From an uncultured delta proteobacterium (GTDB lineage Bacteria > Desulfobacterota > Binatia > JACPRU01), in the NCBI GenBank assembly GCA_963745025.1, contig CAVUWD010000011.1, forward strand, positions 480,001-544,000: a stretch of 64,000 nucleotides of DNA, read 5' to 3'. Both the position numbers and the translations under genes were made by a program. The notes beneath the pieces are model-generated. The model saw only the letters and a program-made list of their open reading frames with translations, was not told the origin of the DNA and did not search any database. Positions within the stretch are counted from its first letter, which is position 1. Each line of letters begins with the position of its first letter. Positions 30,600-41,560 of this stretch are shown here, piece after piece.

Positions 30600-31184
30600 T
30601 TATTCCGTGAGCCCGCCCCTGTAGATCGAGCGCTTGGGTGCGACGAAGAGCCGGCGCAGCATCGGCTCGAACGCTCCGAGGGGCATGGTCTCGGCCTTCG
30701 GATCGAACGCCGGCCCATCGTATTTTTCGCAGAAGAGCGCCGTGCGCTCGAACCAGGGATGGCCGCGGAATTCTTCGCGCGCGTTCCGACCGAGGCCGAT
30801 GTGATGGAAGAAGTAGTAGCCCTGAAAAATCCCGTGCTTCTCGACCATCCACTGGTTCGCCTCGGAGACGAACGGCTGGAGGATCGCGCCGGCGATATCC
30901 GCATGATTGAACGAGCCGAGCGTGTCGCCGATGTCGTGCAGAAGCGCGCAGACGACGTACTCCTCATCCTCGCCCGCGCGGTGCGCGAGCGTGGCCGTCT
31001 GCAGCGAGTGGGTGAGCCGGTCGACCGCGAAACCGCCGTAGTCTCCGTCGAGCAAGCGGAGGTGGGCGAGAATTCGGTCCGGCAGCTTTTGCGCGAACGA
31101 AACGAAGCCCGCTGCGATGATCGCCCAGTCGTCTACGGTGGATCGCTCCATCGATGTGAACGCCGCGCGTGGTTCGTCGTGCAT
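30600..31184 (-). CDS. HD-domain metalloprotein
   Basis: HSLQTA, LLHDIGD, NH, H and YD metal-ligand pattern. Confidence 0.8.
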   Translation of the reverse strand: MHDEPRAAFTSMERSTVDDWAIIAAGFVSFAQKLPDRILAHLRLLDGDYGGFAVDRLTHSLQTATLAHRAGEDEEYVVCALLHDIGDTLGSFNHADIAGAILQPFVSEANQWMVEKHGIFQGYYFFHHIGLGRNAREEFRGHPWFERTALFCEKYDGPAFDPKAETMPLGAFEPMLRRLFVAPKRSIYRGGLTE

Positions 31185-31445
31185 TGCGCCATCGTGCCGC
31201 TTGGCGCGGCGGCGATCAAGCCAGCTGGCCTCGAGGCGAAAAACTTGGACCCGTAGAGCGTTCCGAGCCCGCACCCGACTTGACCGCCACGAGCTCGACT
31301 ACGCGAGCCGGCAGATGAGCGCGCTCGAGATCAACGGCTTCTGCGATTCACTGCAACGGCCCGAGAAATACCGCCGTGAGCGCCTAGCGTAAGCGCGTGC
31401 AGTAATGCCTCAGTCTTGGCCACACGCGCTGGGAATTCCTGAAGT

Positions 31446-31608
31446 GCTAGATCTTCCGGTCGGCCCGTGCTCGGGTCGACCGGAAGATCCAGCCACCGCG
31501 CGCAAGCGCGGAGAGCAATAGACCATCTCGTGGGTTATTGGCGTCCGCGCTCCGCGCGGTTACGGTTGGTTGTGATCGACCCGAGTACGGGCCGATCACA
31601 ACCAACCG
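31446..31608. repeat. REP/REPIN-like element, copy C
   Basis: Hairpin 31446-31493 (loop CCGTGCTCGG), ACCGCGCGCAAGCGCGGA...TCCGCGCTCCGCGCGGT, hairpin 31563-31608 (loop CCGAGTACGG). Confidence 0.85.
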
Positions 31609-31712
31609 CGCTCTTCGTCGTTCCGAAGCATTCGAGGCGAAGACTGAGGCGTAAGCGCGCCCGACCCTTCTCGGTGGACGGCGGCGATCGCGCCGTGCGA
31701 GAAGCCAGCGCA

Positions 31713-32978
31713 ATGTCTCGCGTCAGCGAGTTGGCCGAAAGGACAGAGCCGGGCGTCGGCGAGCGGACCACCTACCGGTGGTGGATCCTCGGAGCCGCGA
31801 CGCTCGCCAACGTCATCGTCCCCGGCATCGGCTGGAACTACGTGATCATGGTCGTGCCGCAGGTTCTCGCCGATCTTCGACTCGACGTCGCGATGTGGGG
31901 CATCCTCTGGTCCGCGATCTCTCTCGGCGTCCTCGTGTTCTCGATCCCGGCGGGAGCTCTCGCCGACCGCTTCGGCGTGCGCTCGGTGGTCGGCTTGGGA
32001 ATCCTGCTCGCCGGCGTCTCGCTACTCCTCCGCGCGGCCGCGGTCGGCTTCGTCTCCATGTTCCTGGCGATGCTGCTCTTCGGCTTTGCGCTCGGCGTGG
32101 TGTTTGCCGTCATGGGGAAGGTGATCGGATCGTGGTTTCCTCTGGAGGAGCTCGGCACGGCGAGCGGGATCAGCCAAGCAGGGATCGGCGCGGGATTCAC
32201 GACCGCGATGCTGTCGACTCCGATCCTCCTCGCCCGGGTCGGTGACTGGCGCGGCGTGACGCGGCTCTTGGCATTCGTGACGTTCGGCGTGGGCGCGCTC
32301 TGGCTCGTCGCCGTGCGCGATCGCAGGGCCTCGCCGGGCTCGCCCCACGCGGCCATCGAACGGCCGATCCGCCGAGTGCTCCGCGTGCGCGACGTCTGGA
32401 CGCTCGCCGCGTGCAATCTTCTCTATCTCGCCGGCTATCTCGGCGCGCTCGGCTACGTGCCGACCTACTTCACGACGGTGCAGAAGCTCCGCCTCGAGAC
32501 GGCTGGCTTCGTGACCTCGGTCGGGGGCATCGCGTTCATCGTCGGAAGCATCCTCCTGCCGGGCCTCTCGGACCGGATCGGACGGCGGCGCGTGGTGTAT
32601 GCCGTGGCGATGCTCGCCAACGGCGCCGCCGTGCTCGGCTACGCATACCTCGTGGGCGTTCCGCTCGCGTTGGCGGCGATTGTCTGGGGTACCTCCGCCG
32701 GAGCCATCGCTCTCCTGTTCGTCGTCCCGATCGAGATGAAAGACGTCGGGCCCGGACTCGCCGGATCGGCGATCGGCGTGCTGCAGACCGCGGGGTTCGC
32801 GGGCGGCTTCGTCGGACCCGTGATCGGCATGCTCTTCGTCGCCATCGACCCCGTGCTGGGCTTCGTCTTTTGGATGGGCTGCTACGTGCTTTCGGCGCTG
32901 CTCTTCCTGACGATCCGCGAGACGGGCTGGCGCGCTGCGATGAGCGAGCGGGCGAAGCGGGCGCGGGCGCTCGCGTGA
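31713..32978 (+). CDS. MFS transporter
   Basis: About 12 hydrophobic segments; GALADRFGVR and SDRIGRRR MFS motifs. Confidence 0.85.
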   Translation: MSRVSELAERTEPGVGERTTYRWWILGAATLANVIVPGIGWNYVIMVVPQVLADLRLDVAMWGILWSAISLGVLVFSIPAGALADRFGVRSVVGLGILLAGVSLLLRAAAVGFVSMFLAMLLFGFALGVVFAVMGKVIGSWFPLEELGTASGISQAGIGAGFTTAMLSTPILLARVGDWRGVTRLLAFVTFGVGALWLVAVRDRRASPGSPHAAIERPIRRVLRVRDVWTLAACNLLYLAGYLGALGYVPTYFTTVQKLRLETAGFVTSVGGIAFIVGSILLPGLSDRIGRRRVVYAVAMLANGAAVLGYAYLVGVPLALAAIVWGTSAGAIALLFVVPIEMKDVGPGLAGSAIGVLQTAGFAGGFVGPVIGMLFVAIDPVLGFVFWMGCYVLSALLFLTIRETGWRAAMSERAKRARALA

Positions 32979-32979
32979 C

Positions 32980-33067
32980 CGACGTCATTGCTCGGCCGCG
33001 AGCTCGCGGATCGCTTGCGATCAAGAAGGAGGAACATGACAGCGTTCGTGTGGAGGGCGATGCGCAT
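32980..33067 (-). pseudogene. PIN-domain toxin remnant
   Basis: MRIALHTNAV resembles the PIN start MRxVLDTNV with D>H; it abuts the antitoxin stop and similarity is lost quickly. End coordinate approximate. Confidence 0.5.
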
Positions 33068-33303
33068 TCAGCGCCGCCCGCGTCGTGCCCAATCGCCCCG
33101 GCAACGGTCTGTTCGGTAAGCCCGAGGAGCTTGATCTTGGCGCGCACGGCCTTGAGCCGCTCGCCCAGGACACTCACCGCGACCGGCTTCAAGATCACCT
33201 CGCCTTCCCGGACCGAGACGTCGAAGTAGTCGACCTGCGGAAGCTGTCGCGTGATCGCCTTTGGAAGCGTGATCTGGTTCTTGGAGGTTTTTTTGGCCAA
33301 CAT
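33068..33303 (-). pseudogene. AbrB/MazE-type antitoxin with a frameshifted C-terminus
   Basis: MLAKKTSKNQITLPK...EGEVILKP; the expected end WARRGRR* lies in another frame. Confidence 0.65.
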
Positions 33304-33368
33304 GGGAGTTCGCCTTGTTCCGAAGATGCAAGGATTTCTTACATGGGGAAAGGGCCGAGCAACGCGGA

Positions 33369-33414
33369 TTGACGTACTACATCACCTGCTAGTACTACTT
33401 TCCCTGAAGGTAGT
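33369..33414 (+). promoter_or_regulatory. Putative vapBC promoter/operator
   Basis: TTGACG -35, repeated GTACTAC, and inverted ACTAC-N11-GTAGT just before the ATG. Confidence 0.45.
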
Positions 33415-33417
33415 GCC

Positions 33418-33648
33418 ATGGCTCAGTCGAAGATCACCCGCAAAGGTCAGGTGACGATCCCCGCCGAAGTTCGCAGACGGCACGGGCTGCGGCGCGGGGG
33501 GCGAGTCGACTTCGTCGAGGAGAAGGACCGGATCGTCCTGAGGCCCGTGTTGAGTGACGTGGAGGCGGCCTTCGGCCTCGTAAGGCCGAGGAAGAGCGTC
33601 AGTCTCGAGAAGATGGACGAGGCGATCCGCAAGCGCGCCGGGCGGTGA
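33418..33648 (+). CDS. AbrB/MazE-family antitoxin (VapB)
   Basis: SKITRKGQVTIPAEVRR..GL motif; GTGA overlap with the toxin. Confidence 0.9.
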   Translation: MAQSKITRKGQVTIPAEVRRRHGLRRGGRVDFVEEKDRIVLRPVLSDVEAAFGLVRPRKSVSLEKMDEAIRKRAGR

Positions 33649-34043
33649 TCGCCGTCGACACCAACGTCCTGGTCCGGGTGCTCGTCGACGACCCTGGGCA
33701 GAAAGCGCAGGTTGCAGCGGCGCGATCCCAGGTGAAGCGGGCGGGCCAGGTCTGGGTGGCGCAGATCGTTCAGGCGGAGACCGTGTGGGTGCTGGAAAGC
33801 GCGTACGGCCTCGACCGGGCGACGATCCTGAGAGTACTGGAACACCTGCGGAGCAATCAGGCCTACGTCCTCCAGAACGAGGAAGCATTCGCGAGCGCGC
33901 TCGGCGAGTTCAGAGAGGGAAGAGCGGACTTCGCCGATTACCTCATCCTCGCCGAATGCCACACCGCCGGACACCCGCTCGTGACCTTCGACAAGCGACT
34001 GCGGGAGGCGCCGGGCACCCGCCCGGTTACTGCTGAGCGGTAG
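33645..34043 (+). CDS. vapC: VapC PIN-domain toxin
   Basis: AVDTNVLVR, AETVWVL, DFADY and TFD acidic PIN residues. Confidence 0.9.
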   Translation: MIAVDTNVLVRVLVDDPGQKAQVAAARSQVKRAGQVWVAQIVQAETVWVLESAYGLDRATILRVLEHLRSNQAYVLQNEEAFASALGEFREGRADFADYLILAECHTAGHPLVTFDKRLREAPGTRPVTAER

Positions 34044-34235
34044 CAGGCAGGGTGCCGTCTTCACGCCGCTCCGGTTCACCGGCCGCAGGGCGGAGCAAAC
34101 CGCCGATGGAGCCCCGGAAACGACACCACCCACACCGACAACCGCCTCGATCCCGCGACCGACATCGAGACCCTCCTCTGCGCACGTGTCGCGAGGTTGC
34201 GTCAGCCGAGGCGGTCCGGCTTCACGGCGCTACCC

Positions 34236-34680
34236 TCATCGTGTGATCCCGCGCTCGACCTTCACTTCGGGAGTCGCGACCGCAACCGTTCCGTATAGCG
34301 GTCAACGGCGCTTGAAGGTCGCGATCAGCTCTTCGGCCTCCGCTTCGTCGACGCCGTCGAGCGTGAACGCCAAGTGAACCGCTTTGAAGAGGGCTCACGC
34401 CGCTCCACACGGGGCGACTTCGATCGAGCACACTGCGAATCGAGCCCCGCACGCGCCGAGCGGAACGTTCCGATCGCGCGCGATCACCTGCATAAGCTCG
34501 CCCCCACAGGCCGCCACGCCGGAGAGGAAGATTCCTCGGGGCGCGATGGCTTCGCCGGGGCAACCGTCCTGCACCGGCCCTCGACGACGAAGTGCTGGTC
34601 GCGGGCGTTGCAGGGCACGCGACCGAAGACGGCGATCGCGCCGCGACCTGGTGCTTACGAACGTCGACTGCGATTATCAC
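34236..34680 (-). pseudogene. OsmC-like selenoprotein, frameshifted (about 4 indels), UGA at 34302-34304
   Basis: Reconstructed FGRVPCNARDQHFVVEG-PVQDGCPGE...FLSGVAACG...FKAVHLAFTLDG...FKRR-UGA-PLYGTVAVATPEV; the UGA sits at the second catalytic Cys. Confidence 0.65.
34268..34293 (-). promoter_or_regulatory. Bacterial SECIS-like hairpin
   Basis: CGG-AAC-GGUUGC-[GGUC]-GCGACU-C-CCG; the G-led apical loop starts 20 nt after the UGA. Confidence 0.55.
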
Positions 34681-34912
34681 TCTCGCTCTCTGCCCCTTTG
34701 GTGCCGGATTCGGAGCGGAGCCTCAACTGCGGTCAGAGGACGGCGGCGTCCTTCGCGCAGCCTGATGCACAGCCCGCAGACGACGTCGCCTCGAAGGTAT
34801 CGCCGACGTCTTATTTGACTCCATGACGATTCCTCCGTTCGTTCCAAAAGGTCAATTCCTGGAGAACGATTACGGATTGTCGATCGCGGATTGGAAGAGT
34901 TTATAAGGGACG

Positions 34913-35003
34913 AGGGGGCTCTTGGTGAAAGAGCCCCCTTATTCACCCCATTCCCGGGGCAATGCTGAGGGCGGGGATCCTCCTACTGTAATCCCCGCCC
35001 TCA
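34913..35003 (-). terminator. Two GC-rich hairpins downstream of the giant Cys-rich gene
   Basis: AGGGGGCTCTT/AAGAGCCCCCT (34913-34939) and TGAGGGCGGGGAT/ATCCCCGCCCTCA (34966-35003). Confidence 0.5.
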
Positions 35004-35033
35004 ACTACCGCTATGGGCTCTTTCCTTTCTCTC

Positions 35034-38000
35034 TTACTTCGTGAAATTGAAGTACGCTACGTGATCGGTGTTGTCTGTAAACTTCACGGTCAGCTTACGA
35101 CAGGTGCCCCCCCACGTCTTATCTGTCTTCCAGACGTAGATGTAACGGTTGGTGGTGGGATCGTAATTAAGGCTGCTGCCGCCCGCGGTGACAGTCTCCT
35201 CGATGTCATCAATGGTGCTGGAATCAGCGCAGCTAACTTTCTCCGACTTCGGATAGCCTGCCCAGAAGATGTTCAGGCCGAGATTGCAATTCAGGCTGAA
35301 CTTCGTGGGTATGGCACTTCCGGCCTTCACCTTGTTGAACACATGGGTTGGCCCTAGTCCGGGATTGTCAACCGGCGGGAAGAAGCCGGTGAAGTCATAC
35401 GTATACACACTGCAACTACCACCACTGCATGTATCACCCATGGTGCAGGCGTTGCCGTCGTCGCAGGAGGCGGTGTTGTTGGTGTGCACGCATGCACCGC
35501 TGTTGTTGCAGAGATCATCCGTGCACGCGTTCCCGTCGCTCGTGCAGCCGAAGCCCGCCGCCTCGTAGTTCGACCGGCACGCGCCTGAGCCGTTACAGGT
35601 GTCAGGGTTGTCGCAGTCGGTGTCGGCCGGATCACCGCAAGTCGTGCCGACCACCTTGAATCCGTCCGCCGGGCAGGCGCCCGACGAACCCGTGCAGCTC
35701 TCCGCGACGTCGCACTCGTTCACCGCCGCGCGGCAGGTCGTCTCCGCGCCCTTGAACACGTCCACGCACGCGGCCGCGCCCCCGCTGCAGTGATCCGCCC
35801 CGTCGCACACGCCACCATTCGAGGTGCCCGTGCAGGCCGTCGTCGCTGTCTGGAAGCCGTCCGGCGCCGTGCACGCACCGCTGTCTCCCGCGCAGACCTC
35901 CGCGACGTCGCACTCGTTCACCGCCGCGCGGCAGGTCGTCTCCGCGCCCTTGAACACGTCCACGCACGTGGCCGCGCCCCCGCTGCAGTGATCCGCCCCG
36001 TCGCACACGCCACCATTCGAGGTGCCCGTGCAGGCCGTCGTCGCTGTCTGGAAGCCGTCCGGCGCCGTGCACGCACCGCTGTCTCCCGCGCAGACCTCCG
36101 CGACGTCGCACTCGTTCACCGCCGCGCGGCAGGTCGTCTCCGCGCCCTTGAACACGTCCACGCACGTGGCCGCGCCCCCGCTGCAGTGATCCGCCCCGTC
36201 GCACACGCCACCATTCGAGGTGCCCGTGCAGGCCGTCGTCGCTGTCTGGAAGCCGTCCGGCGCCGTGCACGCACCGCTGTCCCCCGCGCAGACCTCCGCG
36301 ACGTCGCACTCGTTCACCGCCGCGCGGCAGGTCGTCTCCGCGCCCTTGAACACGTCCACGCACGCGGCCGCGCCCCCGCTGCAGTGATCCGCCCCGTCGC
36401 ACACGCCACCATTCGAGGTGCCCGTGCAGGCCGTCGTCGCTGTCTGGAAGCCGTCCGGCGCCGTGCACGCACCGCTGTCCCCCGCGCAGACTCTCCGCGA
36501 CGTCGCACTCGTTCACCGCCGCGCGGCAGGTCGTCTCCGCGCCCTTGAACACGTCCACGCACGTGGCCGCGCCCCCGCTGCAGTGATCCGCCCCGTCGCA
36601 CACGCCACCATTCGAGGTGCCCGTGCAGGCCGTCGTCGCTGTCTGGAAGCCGTCCGGCGCCGTGCACGCACCGCTGTCCCCCGCGCAGACCTCCGCGACG
36701 TCGCACTCGTTCACCGCCGCGCGGCAGGTCGTCTCCGCGCCCTTGAACACGTCCACGCACGCGGCCGCGCCCCCGCTGCAGTGATCCGCCCCGTCGCACA
36801 CGCCACCATTCGAGGTGCCCGTGCAGGCCGTCGTCGCTGTCTGGAAGCCGTCCGGCGCCGTGCACGCACCGCTGTCCCCCGCGCAGACCTCCGCGACGTC
36901 GCACTCGTTCACCGCCGCGCGGCAGGTCGTCTCCGCGCCCTTGAACACGTCCACGCACGTGGCCGCGCCCCCGCTGCAGTGATCCGCCCCGTCGCACACG
37001 CCACCATTCGAGGTGCCCGTGCAGGCCGTCGTCGCTGTCTGGAAGCCGTCCGGCGCCGTGCACGCACCGCTGTCCCCCGCGCAGACCTCCGCGACGTCGC
37101 ACTCGTTCACCGCCGCGCGGCAGGTCGTCTCCGCGCCCTTGAACACGTCCACGCACGCGGCCGCGCCCCCGCTGCAGTGATCCGCCCCGTCGCACACGCC
37201 ACCATTCGAGGTGCCCGTGCAGGCCGTCGTCGCTGTCTGGAAGCCGTCCGGCGGGCAGGCGTTAGTCGAGCCGTCGCAGGTCTCCGCGACGTCGCAGACG
37301 CCGGCTGAAGCGCGGCACAGGAACCCGGCCGGTTGCTTGGCATCGGCGGGACAGTCGGGGCTGGTGCCGGTGCACTTGTCCACCAGGTCGCACACGTCGA
37401 CGGGAGGCCGGCAAGCGGAATTGGCTTGCTTGAACTCGTCCACCGGGCACGCGCCCGAGGTCCCCGTGCAAGTCTCCGGCTTGTCGCAGTCGCCCGCCGC
37501 CTGGCGGCAGACTGCGCTAGGGGACTTGAAGGCGTCTTCACAGGAGTCGCTCGTCCCCGAGCAGTGATCGGCCGCGTCGTTGTCGCACACGCCACCCTGC
37601 GATGCGCCGCCCGTGCAGATCGTCGCCGCCGACTTGAAGCCGTTGTCGTGGCACACCCCGGCAAGGCACGTGTCCTGGTTCGTGCACTCCGTGCCCGCAT
37701 CGCCGCAGTTGGTGCCGTCTGCCTTGTGGTTGGACTGGCAGGTGCCGCTGCCGTCGCAGGTGTCGGCAGCGTCGCACTCACTCGTCGAGGCGCTGCCGCA
37801 CGCCGTGCCAATGGCAGCGTTTGGATTGGAGCACGTGCCGGTAGCGGGGTTACAGGTTCCCGCCACGTGGCACTGGTCGGAGGCCGTGCAGACGACGGGG
37901 CTGCCGCTCGTGCAGGTGCCCGCCTGACAGGTGTCACTCTGCGTGCAGCCGTTGCCGTCGCTGCAAGCTGTGCCATTGGCAGCGTTTGGGTTGGAGCATG

Positions 38001-39759
38001 TGCCGGTAGCGGGGTTACAGGTCCCCGCCACGTGGCACTGGTCGGAGGCCGTGCAAACCACAGGATTGGAGCCCGTGCACGTGCCGTTCTGGCAGGTGTC
38101 GGTCTGCGTACAGCCGTTGCCGTCGCTGCACGTCGTGCCGTTGGGGGCCTTCGGGTCGGAGCATGTGCCATTAGCGGGGTTACAGGTCCCCGCCACGTGG
38201 CACTGGTCGGAGGCCGTGCAAACCACAGGATTGGAGCCCGTGCACGTGCCGTTCTGGCAGGTGTCGGTCTGCGTACAGGCGTTGCCGTCGGAGCAGGTTG
38301 TGCCGTTGGTAACAGGCCCGTTCACACACGAGCCACTCACGCACGTGTCGACCGTGCAGTCGTTGTGGTCGTTGCACTGGTTGTTATTGTTGCACGCATC
38401 CGTAAACGACGTCTGAGCCGTCCGGCCCGACGTCTCGCCCTTCGCCGTCACGGTGTACGTCACGCCGGCGTCGTACGACTCCGGGGCGTAGTCGGTATTG
38501 ATGAGCGCACCGCTCGGATCGGCGACCGAATAGAACACGTCGTCAGAATGGAATGTCGGCTCTTCGTGGAGGATGATCTTCACGGTCTCGCCGGACTCCC
38601 ACCCCGCGCCGGTAAGCGTCACCACTGATCCCGGGGCGTAGTCGGTCTTCTCCGTGCTGATGCTCGCCGTGGAGCTATTCAGCACGATCGCCGACTTCAG
38701 CACCTGGGCGGAGCTGTTCACGCCGCCGGCGACCAGCGCCTGACTGCCGTTCGCCGTCTCGGTGATCGAGCGCTCGCCGCGATCGGCGAGCTCATACAGG
38801 TCGGAGTCGAGCTGACCGGTGAGCTCGGTGTCGTCGGGGTTCAGCGGATGGATGACCGCGCCGCGCGTGAGCGCACGGAGTACGTCGGTGAGCGTCGTCG
38901 ATCGGTTCAACACCCGCGCGCGCGGCCCGAAGCCGGCGGCCGGATCGAAGACCTCGAGGGTGCTGTCCTTGTCGCCGCCGATCACCTGGACCTTGCCGTC
39001 CGGAAGAACCCGTATGCCGGCGCGCGAGCGCGCGGACTGCATGGATCCCGCCGACGAGAACGTCATCGTGGCGGGATCGAAGATCTCGGCCGACGCGAGC
39101 GGCGCGCCGCCCGACGCGAGGCCGCCGACGAGCAGAACCTTTCCGTCCTGGAGCAGAGCGGCCGCGTGAAACGCGCGCGCAGTCCCCAGAGGGACGGGAA
39201 CGAGGGTGAAGGTGTGGAGCGTCGGATCGAAGAGTTCGGCGCTTCCCCCTGATTCGCCGCCGGCAATCAAGATCCGGCCGTCCGGCAGCGTGGTCGCCGT
39301 GTGTCCTGCGCGCGCCTGACCCAGCGCGGGGCCCGAGGAGAATTGAGCGCTCGCCGGGTCGAAGATCTCCGTCGAATCGAGAGGTCCGCCGCTCTCACCG
39401 CGGCCGCCGGCGATGAGAACCGAACCATCGGCAAGCGGCGAGGCAGTATGCTCCGTGCGCGCGGCGATTAGAAATGCGCCGTCGGCGACGCTGCCGGCAG
39501 CGGGATCGAAGATCTCCGATGCGCTCACCGGACCGTTCGCGTTCTCTCCGCCGACGATCAGGATCTTCCCATCCGGCAACTGTGTAGCGGTGTGTCCGCG
39601 ACGCTCGACCTTGAGCTCGGTCTTGCTGACGATCTGCGCGAACGAGGTGGAGAGAAATGCCAGCGCCGCCGCCACGACGAGCGCGCTGCTTGCGGCGAGT
39701 CGATTGCGTGCGATCCAAGAGCGGGCCTTTCGACTAGAGAGGAGTGCAATGGACAGCAT
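35034..39759 (-). CDS. Giant secreted protein: Kelch propeller, Cys-rich (disintegrin/myxobacterial-like) repeats, C-terminal PxKF domain; +1 frameshift near 36492
   Basis: Signal peptide (..STSFAQ); R..HTAT.L.DG..LI.GG Kelch repeats; CDVAE.C and C.DGN.CT repeats; C-terminal [28 protein letters not shown]. ORFs 35632-39888 and 35034-36404 join if one base is removed. Confidence 0.8.
35701..37253. repeat. Intragenic tandem repeat, 198 bp x ~7.8, near-identical
   Basis: Unit starts at 35701, 35899, 36097, 36295, 36494, 36692, 36890 and 37088; one unit is 199 bp. Confidence 0.95.
37815..38305. repeat. Intragenic tandem repeat, 165 bp x 3
   Basis: CGCCACGTGGCACTGGTCGGAGG at 37861, 38026 and 38191. 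Confidence 0.85.
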
Positions 39760-40151
39760 TGAAGAGTTCCCCTTTCTGCGAGCTGCCCCGCGCCAGCCGA
39801 TCGCGGCGGATGCCTGCGAGAAGACCCTCAAAATGTGCGTGCGACGTGGGCTCAACGAGATCGGCAAGACATCGGAGGAACCCCACAAGCCTCCAATGTT
39901 TCCCGCATTCTCGCCTCCCGTGCGTCACGGTCATCGGCGATCAAACGAGCAATCCGCGTACCGTCACCTTGCTGACGGCAAATTCGCAAAGATTACGCGC
40001 TTTCCGACTTCGGACTGCGGAAGCAAAATCTGGCTGTAGCCGCGATTTGTCGCGAGGAAGCGCCGATTCGCGCCACTTCTCGCGTCAGAAGAGGCTGAGT
40101 AGCGGAGCGGTAGCGTCGTTCGCGATGCGGAGTTTCCCTACAGCATCGCTG

Positions 40152-41417
40152 CTATCCTCTTTTCTCGCGGAAGAAGCCGAAGAGGTACTGCGCGACGCGG
40201 CGCATCTGGATCTCCTCCGCTCCCTCGGTGATCCGATAGCGGCGGTGGTGTCGGTAAATATGCTCGAACGGCTTGTGCCGCGAATAGCCGAGTCCCCCGT
40301 GCACCTGCATGGCGCGATCGGCCGCGTCGCATACCAGGCGGTTTGCGCGGTAGTTGCACATCGCGACCTTGTCCGAGATCTTCCGCGCCACTTCGGGCTT
40401 GGTCATCCGATCCATCTCCCAGGCGGTCTTGTGGATCAGCGTGCGCACCATCGCCGCTTCGGTGTGTAGCTCGACGAGCGGCCACTGGATCGCCTGATTC
40501 GCGGCGAGAGGTCTGCCGAAGGGCTTGCGCGCCTTGGCGTACTTCACGGCTTCGTTGATGCAGTACTGCGCGGCGCCGAGCGACGAGGCGGCTTGCCGGA
40601 TGCGGTTCTCGTGCACGAAGTGCTGTGCGACGGCGAGACCGTCTTCCGGATCCCCGAGTATGGCATCGGCCGGAACGACGACATCGGTGAGCGACACGCG
40701 CGGATGGTCGGTCGGCATGTTGAACGTCCAGAGATACTCCTCGACTTTGAATCCCTCGCTCTTCGTCGGGACGATGAAGCAGGTGATGCCCTTGGCGTCG
40801 CCGGGCTTGCCGCCGGTGCGGGCGAAGACGAAGTCGTGGGTCGCCACGTGCAGGCCGGTGTTCCACATCTTCGCGCCGGTGATCCGCCACACGTCGCCGT
40901 CGCGCTCGGCATGCGTGTCCATCCACGTCGCGTCCGATCCGTGCTCGGGCTCGGTGAGGCCAAAGGCGACAGTCACGGACCCGTCCAGGATCTTCGGGAT
41001 GAACTGGTCCTTCTGCTCCTTCGTGCCGAAGTCGCGGAACATCAACACGGTCGGAAGATTGCCGACGATCGAGCTCTCGTTCTGGAGGTCGTTATGGAGT
41101 CCGAGGCCCTTGGCCGCGAGATGCTCGCGGATGACCGCCATCGCCAGGTTCGATCCGTCCTTGCCGCCGTATTCCCTGGGGAGCGCGTAGCGGAAATAAC
41201 CGGCCCGGTCGGCCCGCCGCCGCATCTCGTGGAGGAGATCCTCCCATTCCTTCCGCGGCAGCCCCCCTCGCTCGAAATCGGTGCGCGCCCATTCGCGGCG
41301 ATGGTCGAAGAAACGGATGTTGTCGTTCTCGCGCTCGAGCGGCTTGATCTCCTTCTCGATGAAAACATCGAGCTCGGCGAGATACGCTTGGATGTCGGCC
41401 GGGATGTCGAAGTCCAT
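40152..41417 (-). CDS. Acyl-CoA dehydrogenase
   Basis: FGLTEPEHGSD, GAKMW, QVHGGLG and RITEGAEEIQ motifs. Confidence 0.9.
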   Translation of the reverse strand: MDFDIPADIQAYLAELDVFIEKEIKPLERENDNIRFFDHRREWARTDFERGGLPRKEWEDLLHEMRRRADRAGYFRYALPREYGGKDGSNLAMAVIREHLAAKGLGLHNDLQNESSIVGNLPTVLMFRDFGTKEQKDQFIPKILDGSVTVAFGLTEPEHGSDATWMDTHAERDGDVWRITGAKMWNTGLHVATHDFVFARTGGKPGDAKGITCFIVPTKSEGFKVEEYLWTFNMPTDHPRVSLTDVVVPADAILGDPEDGLAVAQHFVHENRIRQAASSLGAAQYCINEAVKYAKARKPFGRPLAANQAIQWPLVELHTEAAMVRTLIHKTAWEMDRMTKPEVARKISDKVAMCNYRANRLVCDAADRAMQVHGGLGYSRHKPFEHIYRHHRRYRITEGAEEIQMRRVAQYLFGFFREKRG

Positions 41418-41560
41418 GAGTGTTTCCTCCGGAAGGATGCTCTAGTTCAGCCGATCCGCTTTTGACAATCGGTTTCGTGCGGTGAAGCAGGCCGGCGACG
41501 AGGTTGCGACCCTCCGGAAGCCGACACGCGACGGATCGTGCTCGAAAAACGGACGACGCT

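Noticed and set aside
31265-31392. DUF559/Vsr-like nuclease remnant (ELDYASRQMSALEING)
   Set aside because: Too short and weak to support without a search.
35701-37253. Possible CRISPR array
   Set aside because: Contiguous 198-bp in-frame coding repeats with no unique spacers and no cas genes.
39900-40050. c-di-GMP-I riboswitch upstream of the giant protein
   Set aside because: GGCAAA/GCAAAG-like words are on the wrong strand and the required stems could not be built.
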